A stretch of DNA of 63,403 nt, filler included, from Globobulimina sp. (lineage: Eukaryota): assembly GCA_003354225.1 (NCBI GenBank). It is 20 parts of 20 records of this genome, joined end to end, with 100 filler letters (N's around TTAATTAATTAA, not from the genome) between each part and the next. Parts side by side here need not be neighbours in the genome. Positions count along the whole stretch, not along the records: positions 25,416 to 28,491 come from PIVH01003797.1; positions 28,592 to 31,667 come from PIVH01003798.1; positions 31,768 to 34,842 come from PIVH01003799.1; positions 34,943 to 38,017 come from PIVH01003800.1; 16 more parts are not named here. The stretch is one strand, 5' to 3'. Position numbers and translations under genes: made by a program. Under the pieces are notes generated by a model. That model was given only the letters and a program-made list of their open reading frames with translations, was not told where the DNA came from and made no database searches. Shown here in pieces: positions 25,514-37,725 of the stretch; the first letter of the stretch is position 1, and the number at the start of each line of letters is the position of its first letter.

Positions 25514-25825
25514 ATGGCTAACGTGGCTGGTCGTCACGTGTACGACAACTGGAACGTTCTGTTATTATTGTGTGAGCCTGGGCTAAGTAGACGACTGTAT
25601 TTAACTCTGTTGGATGAGAGGAAACTGTTGGTTCAAGCATTGTCCGAACTCATTGTCAACGCCGAGGTACTCGATCAAAAGATCAGCAAGAGTGATTTGA
25701 AGACTTTTCAAAAAGGTTTGCCCAAGAAGAAACGCGAACTGTTGATCAAACCTAGCTACAGACTCAAAATTGTGCCAAAAGTCTGCAAAGCAGGAGTAAA
25801 GTATCTCAAAGATGGAAGCGGTTAA
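25514..25825 (+). CDS. Polinton/Maverick-type small basic conserved protein (divergent)
   Basis: ALSELIVN...ISKSDLK...KKKRELL resembles a recurrent Maverick ORF; TATAAA upstream at ~25479. Confidence 0.55.
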   Translation: MANVAGRHVYDNWNVLLLLCEPGLSRRLYLTLLDERKLLVQALSELIVNAEVLDQKISKSDLKTFQKGLPKKKRELLIKPSYRLKIVPKVCKAGVKYLKDGSG

Positions 25826-26135
25826 GGTTGTGGAGTATCCTGACAAGATCATGAAAGAGGATTTCAGAAGTTTTTTGAGTGGAGAGAAGGCCAAGCAGCT
25901 GCTAGATCAGTTGTGGCCTTTTATAAAGTTGGATCCCGATGGAAGAATTCTCTACATTGTGAATGATGGAGAACAAATCCCTGGAAGTCCCCTTGTTGAT
26001 TTGATCAAGTACACAACGGCCGAAGACAGAGCTTCGATCGATCGCCCCTTTGATATCAAGAAGTTTTGGAGCATTTTGAAGACCAACGATATTACCGACA
26101 GAGTTGAGAGTGATAAGAAATGGATAAAAATGTAA
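25812..26135 (+). CDS. Polinton/Maverick-type conserved hypothetical protein
   Basis: KAKQLLDQL...DPDGRI...IPGSPLVDLI...PFDIKKFWSIL matches the remembered KAxxLL...G...IPGSNIxDL...PxG...F..L pattern; overlaps the previous ORF by 14 nt; AATAAA follows the stop. Confidence 0.68.
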   Translation: MEAVKVVEYPDKIMKEDFRSFLSGEKAKQLLDQLWPFIKLDPDGRILYIVNDGEQIPGSPLVDLIKYTTAEDRASIDRPFDIKKFWSILKTNDITDRVESDKKWIKM

Positions 26136-26244
26136 TTTGTTTTATTGTGTAATAAATGTTATACAGCATTTTACAAATGTGTCCAAGCAATACATGAAAT
26201 CCCAAAACCAAAGTTATACAGCACTATATAAATGTGCCTCATAG

Positions 26245-27511
26245 TTATTCCATATCTTGGGGGAAGCTGGTAGTTGGTTCATCATCAAAATCTTCGCCGA
26301 CTGGTTCTGGAGCCAATTTGCGTTTTCGTTTGTACTTGTCAGCCAATTGTTTGCGTTTGTCGGAGAGAACACCTCCTTTAGCATACAATGGATCGACAAC
26401 CGAATTGATATGTTCTGGGCAAGTCAAAGCCTTGACAACATTTTCTCGAACTTCTCCAACGGTCAACAAAGCCATACCCAAGGACACTGAAACAATGAGT
26501 ATATAAAAATGGTCATAAAAATAACAATATTTACGTTTGTCATCTGCCAAGAGATCGATCAGTGCTGCCTTTCTGTCCGTATTTCGATACAATTCCTTGG
26601 TGGCCGCGATCCATTCTGCCTCACGTTTCTTTCCCCATTCTGAAAATAGATTAATAAGTCCGAGTAGATTAACAACTTGAATCACTTACTTGCAGGATCT
26701 TGATCGACTTGTGCCAAAGTTGAGCCCAACAAAATGTGCTCACTCCATTGATTCAGATGTCGGCGTACTTCGTCAGCTTTGTTTGCTTGGGCCGATCCGG
26801 CGAAGCGTCTGTGTTCATCCAACCAAACCAATCTATCGAACAGTATCTTGGAGAGTTTTCTCAAAAATGGCAAATTGTCTCCCAAGACCACAGTTTCGTA
26901 TCGACGGAGAGCTCCTCCTCCGGACTCTGAAAGTACCACATTTTTAAAAAATAAATCATAAAGATAAACAAACACGCGCTTACCATACATATTTACAGTA
27001 GACAACTTGAATGTTCGACCTTGTTTTCTCAAAACACGTCCGCGTCTCACAGGGTTGTTGTTCTCACCACTCAATGAGAAATTCTCCTGTTTTGGTTTGC
27101 CATCGTCGGATGCTATCAGATTTTTCATCTCTTCCATCTCCACAAGATTGAGTGTAACCGAAACGTCGAGTCTTGTCATTCCTCCGATGGGTGGATCTTC
27201 CCCATTGTGATAACGTCTGTTCCAATACATTTCAGTCATTTCGTCCGAGCTGAGTGATCCGTCAGAGTAACTACCAAATGTTACCTAAACAAGAAATATA
27301 TATGTTACCAAATAATGATCAAATATTCACTTACCTTCGCTTCATTTGCATTCATCATAGTTCGGGCGTAGATACTTTTCCCAAGAGAGAATAGAATTCC
27401 TTCCGGCCAAAGTGGTACAGATTTATCCAACCAAGAGTCATCGACCGGATCCACCGTCGGTTTGATAACATCCCAATCGTGAATTTCAACTGTCTGTGCT
27501 CGTGCTGCCAT
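26245..27511 (-). CDS. Four-exon orphan gene (~372 aa); introns 27285-27334, 26640-26689, 26487-26534
   Basis: Introns of 50, 50 and 48 nt with GTAAGT/GTAAAT donors and TTTAG/TTTCAG acceptors join three ORFs in frame. Confidence 0.8.
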
Positions 27512-27746
27512 TTTGTCTAAAAAGTTTTATTTTTGTATAAAAAGCATATATACAGTAGTGTAAATCAAAAATCCCTATTCCTATTGCCCCCCTATTGCCC
27601 CTCTTACCTAAGGAAGGCCAGGCATGCAGCTACTGCCTGGACTGGGCTGGGGTGGGGGGTGCCGCGCCACCGCCGCCTAAGCTGGGGGCCCCATAGGGGC
27701 CACACGGTGTACATATACATAGCTATGGGGTGTAAATATACAACAT

Positions 27747-28491
27747 TTAAATCAATCTAAATCCAAATGGTCTAGTAGCAGTTTGATTCTTGGGCCATTC
27801 TTCTTCCGAATTGAGCAGTATGGATTTGTCATGCCGGAATCTGACAATCTTCTTGGCCAATCTTGAATCTTTGAGACGTCCAGTGAATCTGTCCCTAACG
27901 AGCTTGGGCTGTGGCACGTAGATTCCCGAAGCCTTCTTGCTGGAACGGTCCTTGAGCCATTTCTGCTGCATGAATGCATCCAAACAAGGTTTCACCAATT
28001 CGTGAGGCAATTGGTAACCCTGCAAGCTGTCGTAGAATTCTTTGATTGAGCGTCTGGGTGAGGAATCCTCTTGTTCGACCAACTTCATCTCGATCAGATC
28101 GTTCCATAATTGTCGGTGGTCGAACGCCTTCTTGATGGTCGAACCAAGTGCTGTCAAATGAACGCCTGAAATATATAGTTTATTAGTTGGAAAAGTTATT
28201 ATCAATCTAACCTTTAGACTTGACAATTGTCCTGTTGGGACGCCAAAATATTGGTGCTTCACAAGTCTTGAGTGATACTTCAGCTCTCCATGTTTTGGGG
28301 CGATACACTGGGCAAAGCTTCCTAGATGTGAATATGCCTCTACCGCTGAAGACGCAAGTCGAGCGGGGTTTAGCGATGCCTTCATCTACCAGGCGATACG
28401 AAAGGAGCCACTAGATAAAGAAACCGAACACCAGGCTTGTCAGTTTCAACATACGCCGACACCCAATGCAAATTCTATTTTTGAAAAGACC
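27747..28491 (-). CDS. Hypothetical protein, probable 46-nt intron 28166-28211, 5' structure unresolved
   Basis: 212-aa ORF containing an AT-rich GTTAG...TTTCAG segment. Confidence 0.5.
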
Positions 28492-28591
28492 NNNNNNNNN
28501 NNNNNNNNNNNNNNNNNNNNNNNNNNNNNNNNNNNTTAATTAATTAANNNNNNNNNNNNNNNNNNNNNNNNNNNNNNNNNNNNNNNNNNNN

Positions 28592-28826
28592 CGCCTTCTA
28601 TGCCGTGGGTGCCTATTCCTACGCGCTGTTGGCCCAGAACTTTGGCTTCTCGTTCTGGCTGTGCTTGCCGCTTGCTGGCATTTTGGCGGCCTTTTGGGGC
28701 ATCATTCTGGGCTTTCCGGTGCTTCGCCTGCGCGGGGACTATCTCGCCATCGTGACATTGGCCTTCGGCGAAATCATCCGCATCATTCTGCTCAACTGGT
28801 ACGAATTCACCGGTGGACCGGATGGT
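28592..28826 (+). CDS. livM: Bacterial branched-chain amino acid ABC permease fragment
   Basis: [12 protein letters not shown]...[26 protein letters not shown]...TGGPDG; GC-rich. Confidence 0.93.
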
Positions 28827-29050
28827 GTGGATAATGATCAGGACGGAACCGTTGATGAGATCCAACCAGACCAACGACGAGAGGAATACCCCCTTACGGG
28901 TAACATTAAAAAATTGGAATCCAGGGATGAAAGCGACAATCTTTATAATATCAAAGACAGTACCTGGATCATTCGCACGCTTTTATCCAACGATCAGGGG
29001 ATTGAGGTTCAATACGCATTCCTCACTGAAACCATCGAATCCATTTACGA
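28827..29050 (+). CDS. Probable bacterial RHS/TcdB-like toxin fragment with a DGxDNDxDG calcium-binding-type motif
   Basis: [13 protein letters not shown]...[12 protein letters not shown]...LY...W...VQYAFL. Confidence 0.4.
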
Positions 29051-31667
29051 AGGATTAGACATTTGGAGCGATATCTTTTCGTTTCGTGTCAATTGTTTTG
29101 AGTTCGCGTCGTATTATCAAAAACAACCGGAACGTAATTCATTGGTATTCCATGACCGCGCATGGACCATAATACAATTAAGCAAACATGCGCGGACCAC
29201 GCAGTGCTATAACTCCGCGTTGCTGATTTTAAGCAAAATCATGTCCATGAAGCGAATGGATGCGCGAGATTTTTATTTGCGGATTAAAGAACAAGTGGCC
29301 ATCGCAAAGATGAATGTAAACGAAGAGCATCATATTAAAACAGACAATAATAATAAGAATAACATCAAATCAGAAGAGAAAAGCAGTTGCATTGAACGCG
29401 CATTGCATATCTTAAACATAGCAAATTTGAAATATTTTACGGAGCTACAAAAGTCGCAATTATTTAGCATCAAAGCAGAAATCAAGCAGAAACTACAGTT
29501 ATTGGATGATAGTAATGCTTCGTATTCGGCGTCGTTGGCCATAGCCGGCGATAATTGGAAAGCGTGGACCAAATGGGGTGATTTTTGCGATTCAATCTAT
29601 AGCGCCAAACACGATTATCGCTGGGCGATGTATGCCATGATCTCTTATTTGTGTTCGTTGCATGGTGGCGATGAGTTAACGCGTGCGTACTGGCCCGATA
29701 ATTTAATGAATCCGATCCATCCAAACTATCCTAAAAACAACCACTCGCATCATACCCATAGTAAATACCATCCGCCGTTTGGTATTGGCGGACGAAATAG
29801 CAATACGGACGATGTGCTGCAGAAACATGGCGATCCAGAAAAGGATCTGCAACATAGCAATTATCATCATTTAGTGATACCGCGCATATTAATGTTGATT
29901 CAAGCCGCAAAGATAGGGCCAGAAGATGACGACGATAACAATAATAACAACAATAATAAGCAGGAAAGCAAGGATAATAATAATAAAAATAAGAAAGATA
30001 AGATGAATGAGACGCATATCGATGCGAATGGTGAGCATAAAACCATCCCAACGCGCGAGAATAGTGAATTTATCCGCTATTTATATGATGGAGTGATGAA
30101 ATTGCCGCCACATGTTTTTTTAGGCTATATACCACAATTAATATCGGGCTTATATAGGTATGAAACGGATGCGTGTTATCTGATATTAAATGATCATATT
30201 CGATTTATTGCGCCGCAGTATTTGTTTTATTATGTTTATCATAATAAGAAAACACATGAAACTACGTTGTTAAGTACACATTTACGCAAATACCGACAGT
30301 TAATATTTCAGCATCAACGAGCCGCGGATAATATTGCGGGCTCATTACCAAATGTTGTATGCCCAGACAGGAGGAATAAAATGCAACGCGAAGGTGCTGC
30401 ATATCAACATCGAGTGTCACAATTTAAGAAAAGATCGGAAATTGCCATTAATTTACGCGGAGCATTAGAAAAACAACATTCCTATCAAAAAATGTGCAAA
30501 ATCCATAATAATTTAATCAATAATAAGGAATCTTATAAGTTGCAATCGATCATTAATGAACAACGAGATTTAATGCCGAGATTAAAGAAATTTGGTAATG
30601 ATGTAAATCAACGAAATATGAAATTGTTATCCTTTCTAAATCCATTAAAAACCATTTTGAATAATATATTACAGTCAAATCCGACATTTGCACAGAAACA
30701 GACACTGATAACTAATAAATTAGATTTTGCTCAATTTATATACGAATGTACAAAGATTATATTTCAAACTATTCGTGGCTTTAAACGCTTGGTCCAAAGC
30801 TGTGAAAATAATAATCGTTTACATGATTCTGTGCTGGCGTACAGCAAACAATTTGATGCTGATTTTCGATGGATTATTGATTTAAAAACCAAGGCCGAAC
30901 AACATAATAATACTATGTCTGAAATCCGTGCCTATTTAAATAATATCACCATTCAACAACAACATCAGCATAAAGATAAACTATTTTCTACCACCTTTCT
31001 ATGGTACAAACATATCACATTTCGAATTGGAATCATCGAAAGATCATTAAATAAATTAAAAGCATTATATGGCTCAGATTTAAATTTCTATCAACCAGCG
31101 GAGGAAATATTTTGTCCCGGCTTTATTGGTAAGACCTTATTTCGTCGCAAACCACGTACTGACAATTTACCACATAATAATAGCATAAACCAAACCCATC
31201 AGAAAGATAAAAATAATAAATCAAACACCAATATTAATGATAAATTTAATCGAAATTTATGGTCCATGGATGCACCGTCCATCATTCGAATATTGCCCAA
31301 ATTATTTCTGTTACCCACCACCTATAAAGAATTTTATATTTTATGTTCAGATGGCATTGTCCGCTCATACCGCATCCATGAAAATATAAATAATATGAAC
31401 AATACTAAAAACGAGTCCTGTTTGCGATTAATTCGAGATCAACAATTAATAAAGTTTTGTAACGAATTGTTCAAATCAAACAGTCAAACCCGGAAAAGAT
31501 ATCTATGCCACAACCATACGAGCAATATTGTACCGTGCGATATATCCTCCATATTTTACCAATTTAATACCTACGAAGTGTCATTCAATGAGATTGTCAA
31601 CACGTACTGCACTCAAAAAGCTGCCAATACGCAACAATACAAAATATTATCCATATATTTGCAACAA
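29040..31667 (+). CDS. TRRAP: TRRAP/Tra1 FAT domain and start of the PIKK pseudokinase region, partial
   Basis: [15 protein letters not shown]...[45 protein letters not shown]. Confidence 0.85.
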
Positions 31668-31767
31668 NNNNNNNNNNNNNNNNNNNNNNNNNNNNNNNNN
31701 NNNNNNNNNNNTTAATTAATTAANNNNNNNNNNNNNNNNNNNNNNNNNNNNNNNNNNNNNNNNNNNN

Positions 31768-32972
31768 TGCAACGAATGGCTCAAATGCAAATGCAAAATA
31801 TGGCTAAAATGCAACAAATGGCATTACAGCAACAACAACAGCAACAAAAACAACAACTAGCTGTTGCTGCAAAGAATAAGTTTTGTATATACCCATATAA
31901 TTATCCTTGCACTTTAATACTATAAAAGTATCTACAAACAACTAGAAAATTAGCAGGCATCTCGCCAGTACCTGCACAAAGTCCGCGAGCCATGGAATTG
32001 CAAAAACTGCAGATGGAGAAAATGAAGGCAGCGATGGAGGATCAAATGCAAGATTTACAACGGACGGGACGCAGTGCATTGGCTGGGGACCATTATCAAA
32101 TCCAATCCATTCTAACTTTATTCGGTGTACCCAGCGACATTTTGGATGAAATCATTGCAAATTTCACGAAAAACAACATCAAAGATTCAGACTTGAAAAA
32201 TTTAGACTTGACTGATGACAAATTATTACGCAAATTAATACCAAACCACAAAGAGAATTATGATGCGATACGGCAACGATTTATCACTTGGATCAGATAT
32301 GATGTTAAACAGTTGCATGTTTATGGGAATATGGAGTCTGATGAGAAAAAACAGGAACTTAATGACAGTGTGGTAACGCTTAATATCTCCGGCGTGAAAT
32401 ATACGACGTTGAAATCGACGTTGTTAAGAACGGGGAGTACTTTTTTTAAACGGCTCTGTGTGGGGAAAGACAATGGAAATAACAATGTGTTGTTAGACAG
32501 CGAAGGCGCTTTTTTTATTGATCGAAACGGCCGATTGTTTGAACCGATTTTGCGGTATTTACAAAGCAATGAGTTGAGAGTGAAAATAAACGAATGGTAT
32601 GAGATTGAGGACGTGTTTGAGGAGATGAAGTATTATGATATTCAATTGCCGGCACAGTATGATAATAAAAATGAGGAGAAATGGTTGCCGGATAGGTTCC
32701 GCTTTGAATATTGCTGTATGTATAATCAATTGAAACAATTTTTTGCGTCGCAGTTTCGGATCGTGCCGAAAATCGACGGTACGAATATTGTGAAACAAAT
32801 TGGGGCGTTGCCCAAGGATTTGAGGGATATTGAGGCGTTTTTCGAGATTAAACGGAAACTTGTGAGTTTGGGATATGAGTTGAAAGATACGCAGATTTTT
32901 AGAGGCGATCCGTCGCAATGGGTGTGGACTTATGTTGAGTTCTATCAACGTACAAAATGGGCGCAAAAATAA
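31768..32972 (+). CDS. Q-rich, SAM-like and BTB/POZ (KCTD-type) protein, 5'-partial, with an upstream exon
   Basis: VTLNISGVKYTTLKSTL, FFIDRNGRLFEPILRYL, EEMKYYDI. Confidence 0.85.
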
Positions 32973-33089
32973 CTCAATTTGGGTGTATATAAAATGTTTT
33001 TTGTAATCAGTTGTTTTTGTGTTGTTGCTTTCTTGTCTTGTTAATTATTTCGGATTGTCGTTACTAGAAAGAAAACTAATTTTAGTATT

Positions 33090-34343
33090 TTAGGAGTAAT
33101 ACCCAGAATAATCCGACATTGGCGAGTCATCCTTTCTATCTCTAATCTCTGAATCATTGTAATAGATATTATTCGCATCCATTACATCTCCTTTCTTAAG
33201 TTTGTTTCTTATCAAACTATTATTCCGTATTTGAATCCCATTTCGATCCAACACAAAATATCTTTCTGCTTCTGCGCCTTCATGAGGTGGGTGTCTTTCT
33301 GCAATGGGATAACATACATTATTTTCAAACGTGCTTCCAATACATTTGAATGTTACACAGCTCCGTTTTAAAATTCCATTCCTTCCGCCATAATTGTTTT
33401 CAACACTGATACACGCACATTCCTCCGAATTTGCATAATGTTGTGCATGTCCACACTGTTTAAATAAACATTTGTGCACACTCACTTCGTTCGAATATGG
33501 TGAAAAAGAAATAGCTGTTGAACCACCAATAAATTCACAATTTTCAGCATATAGACTGCAGTCCTTTTTAACAGTGATGCCGATCTTTGTGAATATGAAT
33601 TGGCAATCTTTCATAAACAAAGTTGCGCCATAATCCAGTTTGATTATTCCTTCATATGAATTGCTAACTTTATCTGTTATCTCAAACATTATATTTTCAA
33701 AATACACATTTTGTTTGACGGCACATAGTTCCTCTTGTGTATGCCGGAGCTTTCTATGGGTTGTAAATGTAACATTATTCCCCATACCAACAATTTGAAT
33801 ATTATCCATGTTCTCCAGCTCGCCTAACACATATCTCCCATTACAAACTACCATTCGGTCTCCAGGCTTAGAACAACATAATGCCGTTCGAATATTAAGG
33901 AATGCCCTAGAGCACGTGGCGGGAAGTGCGGAGCGATAGAATATAAAATTCTGGTCCACGAGCAATGTTTTGTTTTTGACAGTATCGAATGGAAAACTTG
34001 GATGAAATTGAACATTTTCTATTGCTTCATTTCGTAATCTTAATCGAATTTTATTATTATTTGCATGATATTCTTTCCATTTTTTACTCACTGCTGAATG
34101 TATTGGATTTTGACTGAATGATTCAATGAATTGCATGATATCATCAGATAATGCGTCCATGATTGGTACTGTATGACAGTACGCAGCGCGTAATGTATTT
34201 AATTCAAAATTTGCTACTTGATCGAAAAGAAAATTTTGAATTTCATCCATGGCTATAAATTGAAATAATGGGAGTATGTCGACGATGGTTTGTGATGACG
34301 CAATCTTTGCGTTCAATAATTCTTTGAAATGGGTAGTCATCAT
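33090..34343 (-). CDS. F-box-like protein with a right-handed beta-helix (pectin lyase-like) domain
   Basis: LSDDIMQFIESF; PGDRMVVCNGRY; IQIVG; repeated xxCxF units. Confidence 0.65.
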   Translation of the reverse strand: MMTTHFKELLNAKIASSQTIVDILPLFQFIAMDEIQNFLFDQVANFELNTLRAAYCHTVPIMDALSDDIMQFIESFSQNPIHSAVSKKWKEYHANNNKIRLRLRNEAIENVQFHPSFPFDTVKNKTLLVDQNFIFYRSALPATCSRAFLNIRTALCCSKPGDRMVVCNGRYVLGELENMDNIQIVGMGNNVTFTTHRKLRHTQEELCAVKQNVYFENIMFEITDKVSNSYEGIIKLDYGATLFMKDCQFIFTKIGITVKKDCSLYAENCEFIGGSTAISFSPYSNEVSVHKCLFKQCGHAQHYANSEECACISVENNYGGRNGILKRSCVTFKCIGSTFENNVCYPIAERHPPHEGAEAERYFVLDRNGIQIRNNSLIRNKLKKGDVMDANNIYYNDSEIRDRKDDSPMSDYSGYYS

Positions 34344-34708
34344 TGAGAATAGAGCTTAAAAAAGCTTGAGTTTTTGAAGAGAGTTAATTTTAAGGTGTCT
34401 TTTTAGTTGTTTTTAGCTATTAATTTAGCAGAATTTTAAAATCTGCAATTACGAAATAAAACTTTTAGTGCTTTCAAAATATGATTATGAGTTTGTTGTT
34501 TTCTGTGCAAAAAACTCGAATGACCCATCAATTTTTAAAAAGGAAAATCAATGTTATTGGTCAATACTTGGTGCTGGTGGTGAATGTGTTCTTCCTCTTT
34601 CCGGTGCTGTAGCATCCCAATATTTCCATGCTGTGAAATACATAATCCGCAGCTTCATCCACTGCATATTTTAATTTCCATTCACTATACTGTTTTATAC
34701 ATTTTTTA

Positions 34709-34798
34709 TACTTTCCCTGTAGATTGGTTCGGAGGGATTAGTTTTTAGATGTTTTAGATAATATAAAAACTAATCCGAACCAATCTACAGGGAAAGTA
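34709..34798. mobile_element. 90-bp TA-flanked inverted-repeat element (MITE-like)
   Basis: TACTTTCCCTGTAGATTGGTTCGGA pairs with TCCGAACCAATCTACAGGGAAAGTA; inner arms GGATTAGTTTTTA/TAAAAACTAATCC. Confidence 0.6.
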
Positions 34799-34942
34799 AT
34801 TAATTATAGGTGAATGAATTTACCATTGATGTCTTTATTTTGNNNNNNNNNNNNNNNNNNNNNNNNNNNNNNNNNNNNNNNNNNNNTTAATTAATTAANN
34901 NNNNNNNNNNNNNNNNNNNNNNNNNNNNNNNNNNNNNNNNNN

Positions 34943-37725
34943 TCTTTATATCTAGCTATAGGGCAACGTTGTAATATATACTCAAAGTACAATTTCTTTT
35001 TAATCTTTGACAATCTACGAACCATGTCCCAATCAAGACATTCGATCGCAGTTTGCATCATCAAAAAGTGATTGAACGAGTAATACGTCACGTATATTTC
35101 TTTTTTATCTTCGTTGATTATAGTCATAATAATAACTTCATTTTCATAATCCATATTAAAAGGGCAGTCATAAGTACCGCCCACTAATAAATCTTTGGCG
35201 TCTCTCAGTTCCGGCATTGGTTCCACAACTGGTACATGTTGAGCTAATTGTGGACCGGTTGGTATAGATTTTAATGAATTTCTAATTTCTATTATTTCAT
35301 TCTTCACAGTTGTTAATGAATTTTGTAATTCAGTAATCAATCTATCTTTATTTTTACTATCTTCTACTAATTCCTGGTATCTAGTATCTACTGTGTTTAT
35401 TCTAGCCTCTAAATTGACATTAGCCGAGAAGAGGTTAGCATTCTTTTTCTTTAAAATACCTTCATTTTTTATCATGGTTTTCACATTTTTATTAATAGTG
35501 AAAATCCATTTATTTGTAGATAATAACAGTATAATGGTTTCTTTCATACATTTCTGGAGTGATTCCCCAAGATCTAAACTTCTAGATATATCCAAAATAT
35601 TTTTCTTTTCTATACATTTTAATATTTCAGCCAGATGGGTTCCTTGTACTGGAACGTCTGGGTTTGATTCTGTTTCTTCTATATAATATCTAAGTAATTT
35701 TATAATTTCTCTATTTTTATCTTTATGAATTGGTGCTTCTTCGTCTTCGTAACCCATTATAGAAGCAACATTATATACAAATTCATTTCTAATAGTCCAT
35801 AATTCCTTTTCTTTCGTATTTAAATCAGTATCATCACAACATGGAGTAGTCATTTCAATAGTATGTTCTATCTCCTCGAAATCTTTATACGTATAATCAC
35901 CATCATGGTATAATTTATATATGAATTTTCCTAAATTGGGGGTATACCGATATTCTTCTAGAAACTTATCAAAGTCTCCCGGAGTATCTGGTATACCTCT
36001 AACAGAAGCGGTTTTCTTCCAATAGGCCTTATTTTCTATGTCAGTCATTTCTGTATTTTCTGTAGTTTCTGTCATATTTTCTACATTTTCTACATTTCCA
36101 GTATTAGTATTAGCACCGGTGTTAAGTAATGACATATCTCCTACAATATCTGCAGAGGTATCGTCAGTCTTAACATCGGCACTTGTTGATGTTATAGATG
36201 TTTTAGATGTTTCTCCAGTAGATGACGTTTTGTCCGTCATACCTAAAAAAGAAGAAAAACAATTAGTTTCAAAATTATCAGAAAACAATTTATCTAGTTG
36301 TACAAGTCTATCTTCCGCATATGTATAAAATCTCATAATATCCATATTAGAATTGTCGTCTATATTAATATAATATTCATTTATATCATTCACTACGGTA
36401 TGGATGATTTTGTCTAATTTATGACCCTTATCTGTTATAAAGAAGTTATTTAATTGGTATTGAAGGTATGCTAATCTATCCCACACCAAATGAAGCTTAG
36501 GTGACTTGTTAGAACCTTCAATAGTATAATATTTTAATTTATTATTAATATTTTTTAATTTGACTCTATGTTGAGGGGAACTTCGGTCTCTTTCCGGAGT
36601 TTGAGTATATCTCGAGATGTGCGTACTCTTAAGACATTCAGAAATGAGCATTTTATCAACGGATTTTATTAATAAATTCTCTAATGCAATATTGTGTATA
36701 TTTAGGTTTTTATCTGTTATATCAACCGTAAAGGGTGTCAAAGGTAATACCAATTCTCCATGCATGGTTAGCTTTTCTCCTTCCGTATTATCCGTAACAT
36801 CCGTAATAGGTTGGAGCTCGGCCATATTATTATATTCATCTATGTTATACTTTAATCCACTGCTTACCCCATAAACACCATTATTAAAGTGTCTGTTCAA
36901 CACAGTTTCCGATTCAGTTAACCGGACAACCATATTATCACAGTCATCAATCATAATAGTATCATTATATTGTAAAGTAGATCTATATTTATCATCATCT
37001 ATGCATTTATCCCTATATCGATTTATATCATATTTATATTTCTCATATTGACTATTTATAATGGATTCTGGTTCTATTAACTGGGCAACCATATTATCGT
37101 AGTCATTTAATACAACATTAGTCTCTATAGGATCACTTTCCGTCTGTGTATCATATACTAGTCGGATTGCTATGTTATCATTTTCTCGGAATTCTATAAC
37201 GTCAATAATTTCTGACAAAATTTCTATAATAATTTTCTCATCATTTTCTACGTCGTTAGAAATATCTAATATAGAACATTCTGAAGAATGCTCCAATTCC
37301 TCATCTTCTCGCTTCCGTTTAATACCCTTCTCTCTATCAGCTAACTCAAATCTTTTTATCAAATTAGATTTAGATTTTAGCTTAAATTTTCTATTACGAG
37401 TGGATGAGTAACCCTTTCTACCGCAACTCGAATGCATCATACAATTTTTATACAATAATTTTCTAAGTTTTCTATTTTTATAATATATTTTATTTTTATA
37501 CAATTTTCTACAATAAAATTTCAAAATTTTACTTACTTTCTGTCGAGGATCTTCTTTGTCTTCTTTTAATTCCGACTTTTTTACCTTTTTTTCGACCAAT
37601 TTTGACGGTTTGCTGTCGATTTCCTCCAAAAAATATAGCCGTTTGTGTTCGTCGTCGGCGTTTTTCTCCAAAATGATTCTCGAACTTTCTATTTTTCCTT
37701 TTTCTGCGCCAATCTCATTTTTCAT
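34943..37725 (-). CDS. Large intronless hypothetical protein with coiled coil, 3'-partial
   Basis: >920-aa open frame; basic N-terminus, degenerate internal repeats, heptad region. Confidence 0.7.

Noticed and set aside
28605-31715. A genuine 1036-aa permease-TRRAP fusion protein
   Set aside because: The composition steps and truncated partners indicate chimerism
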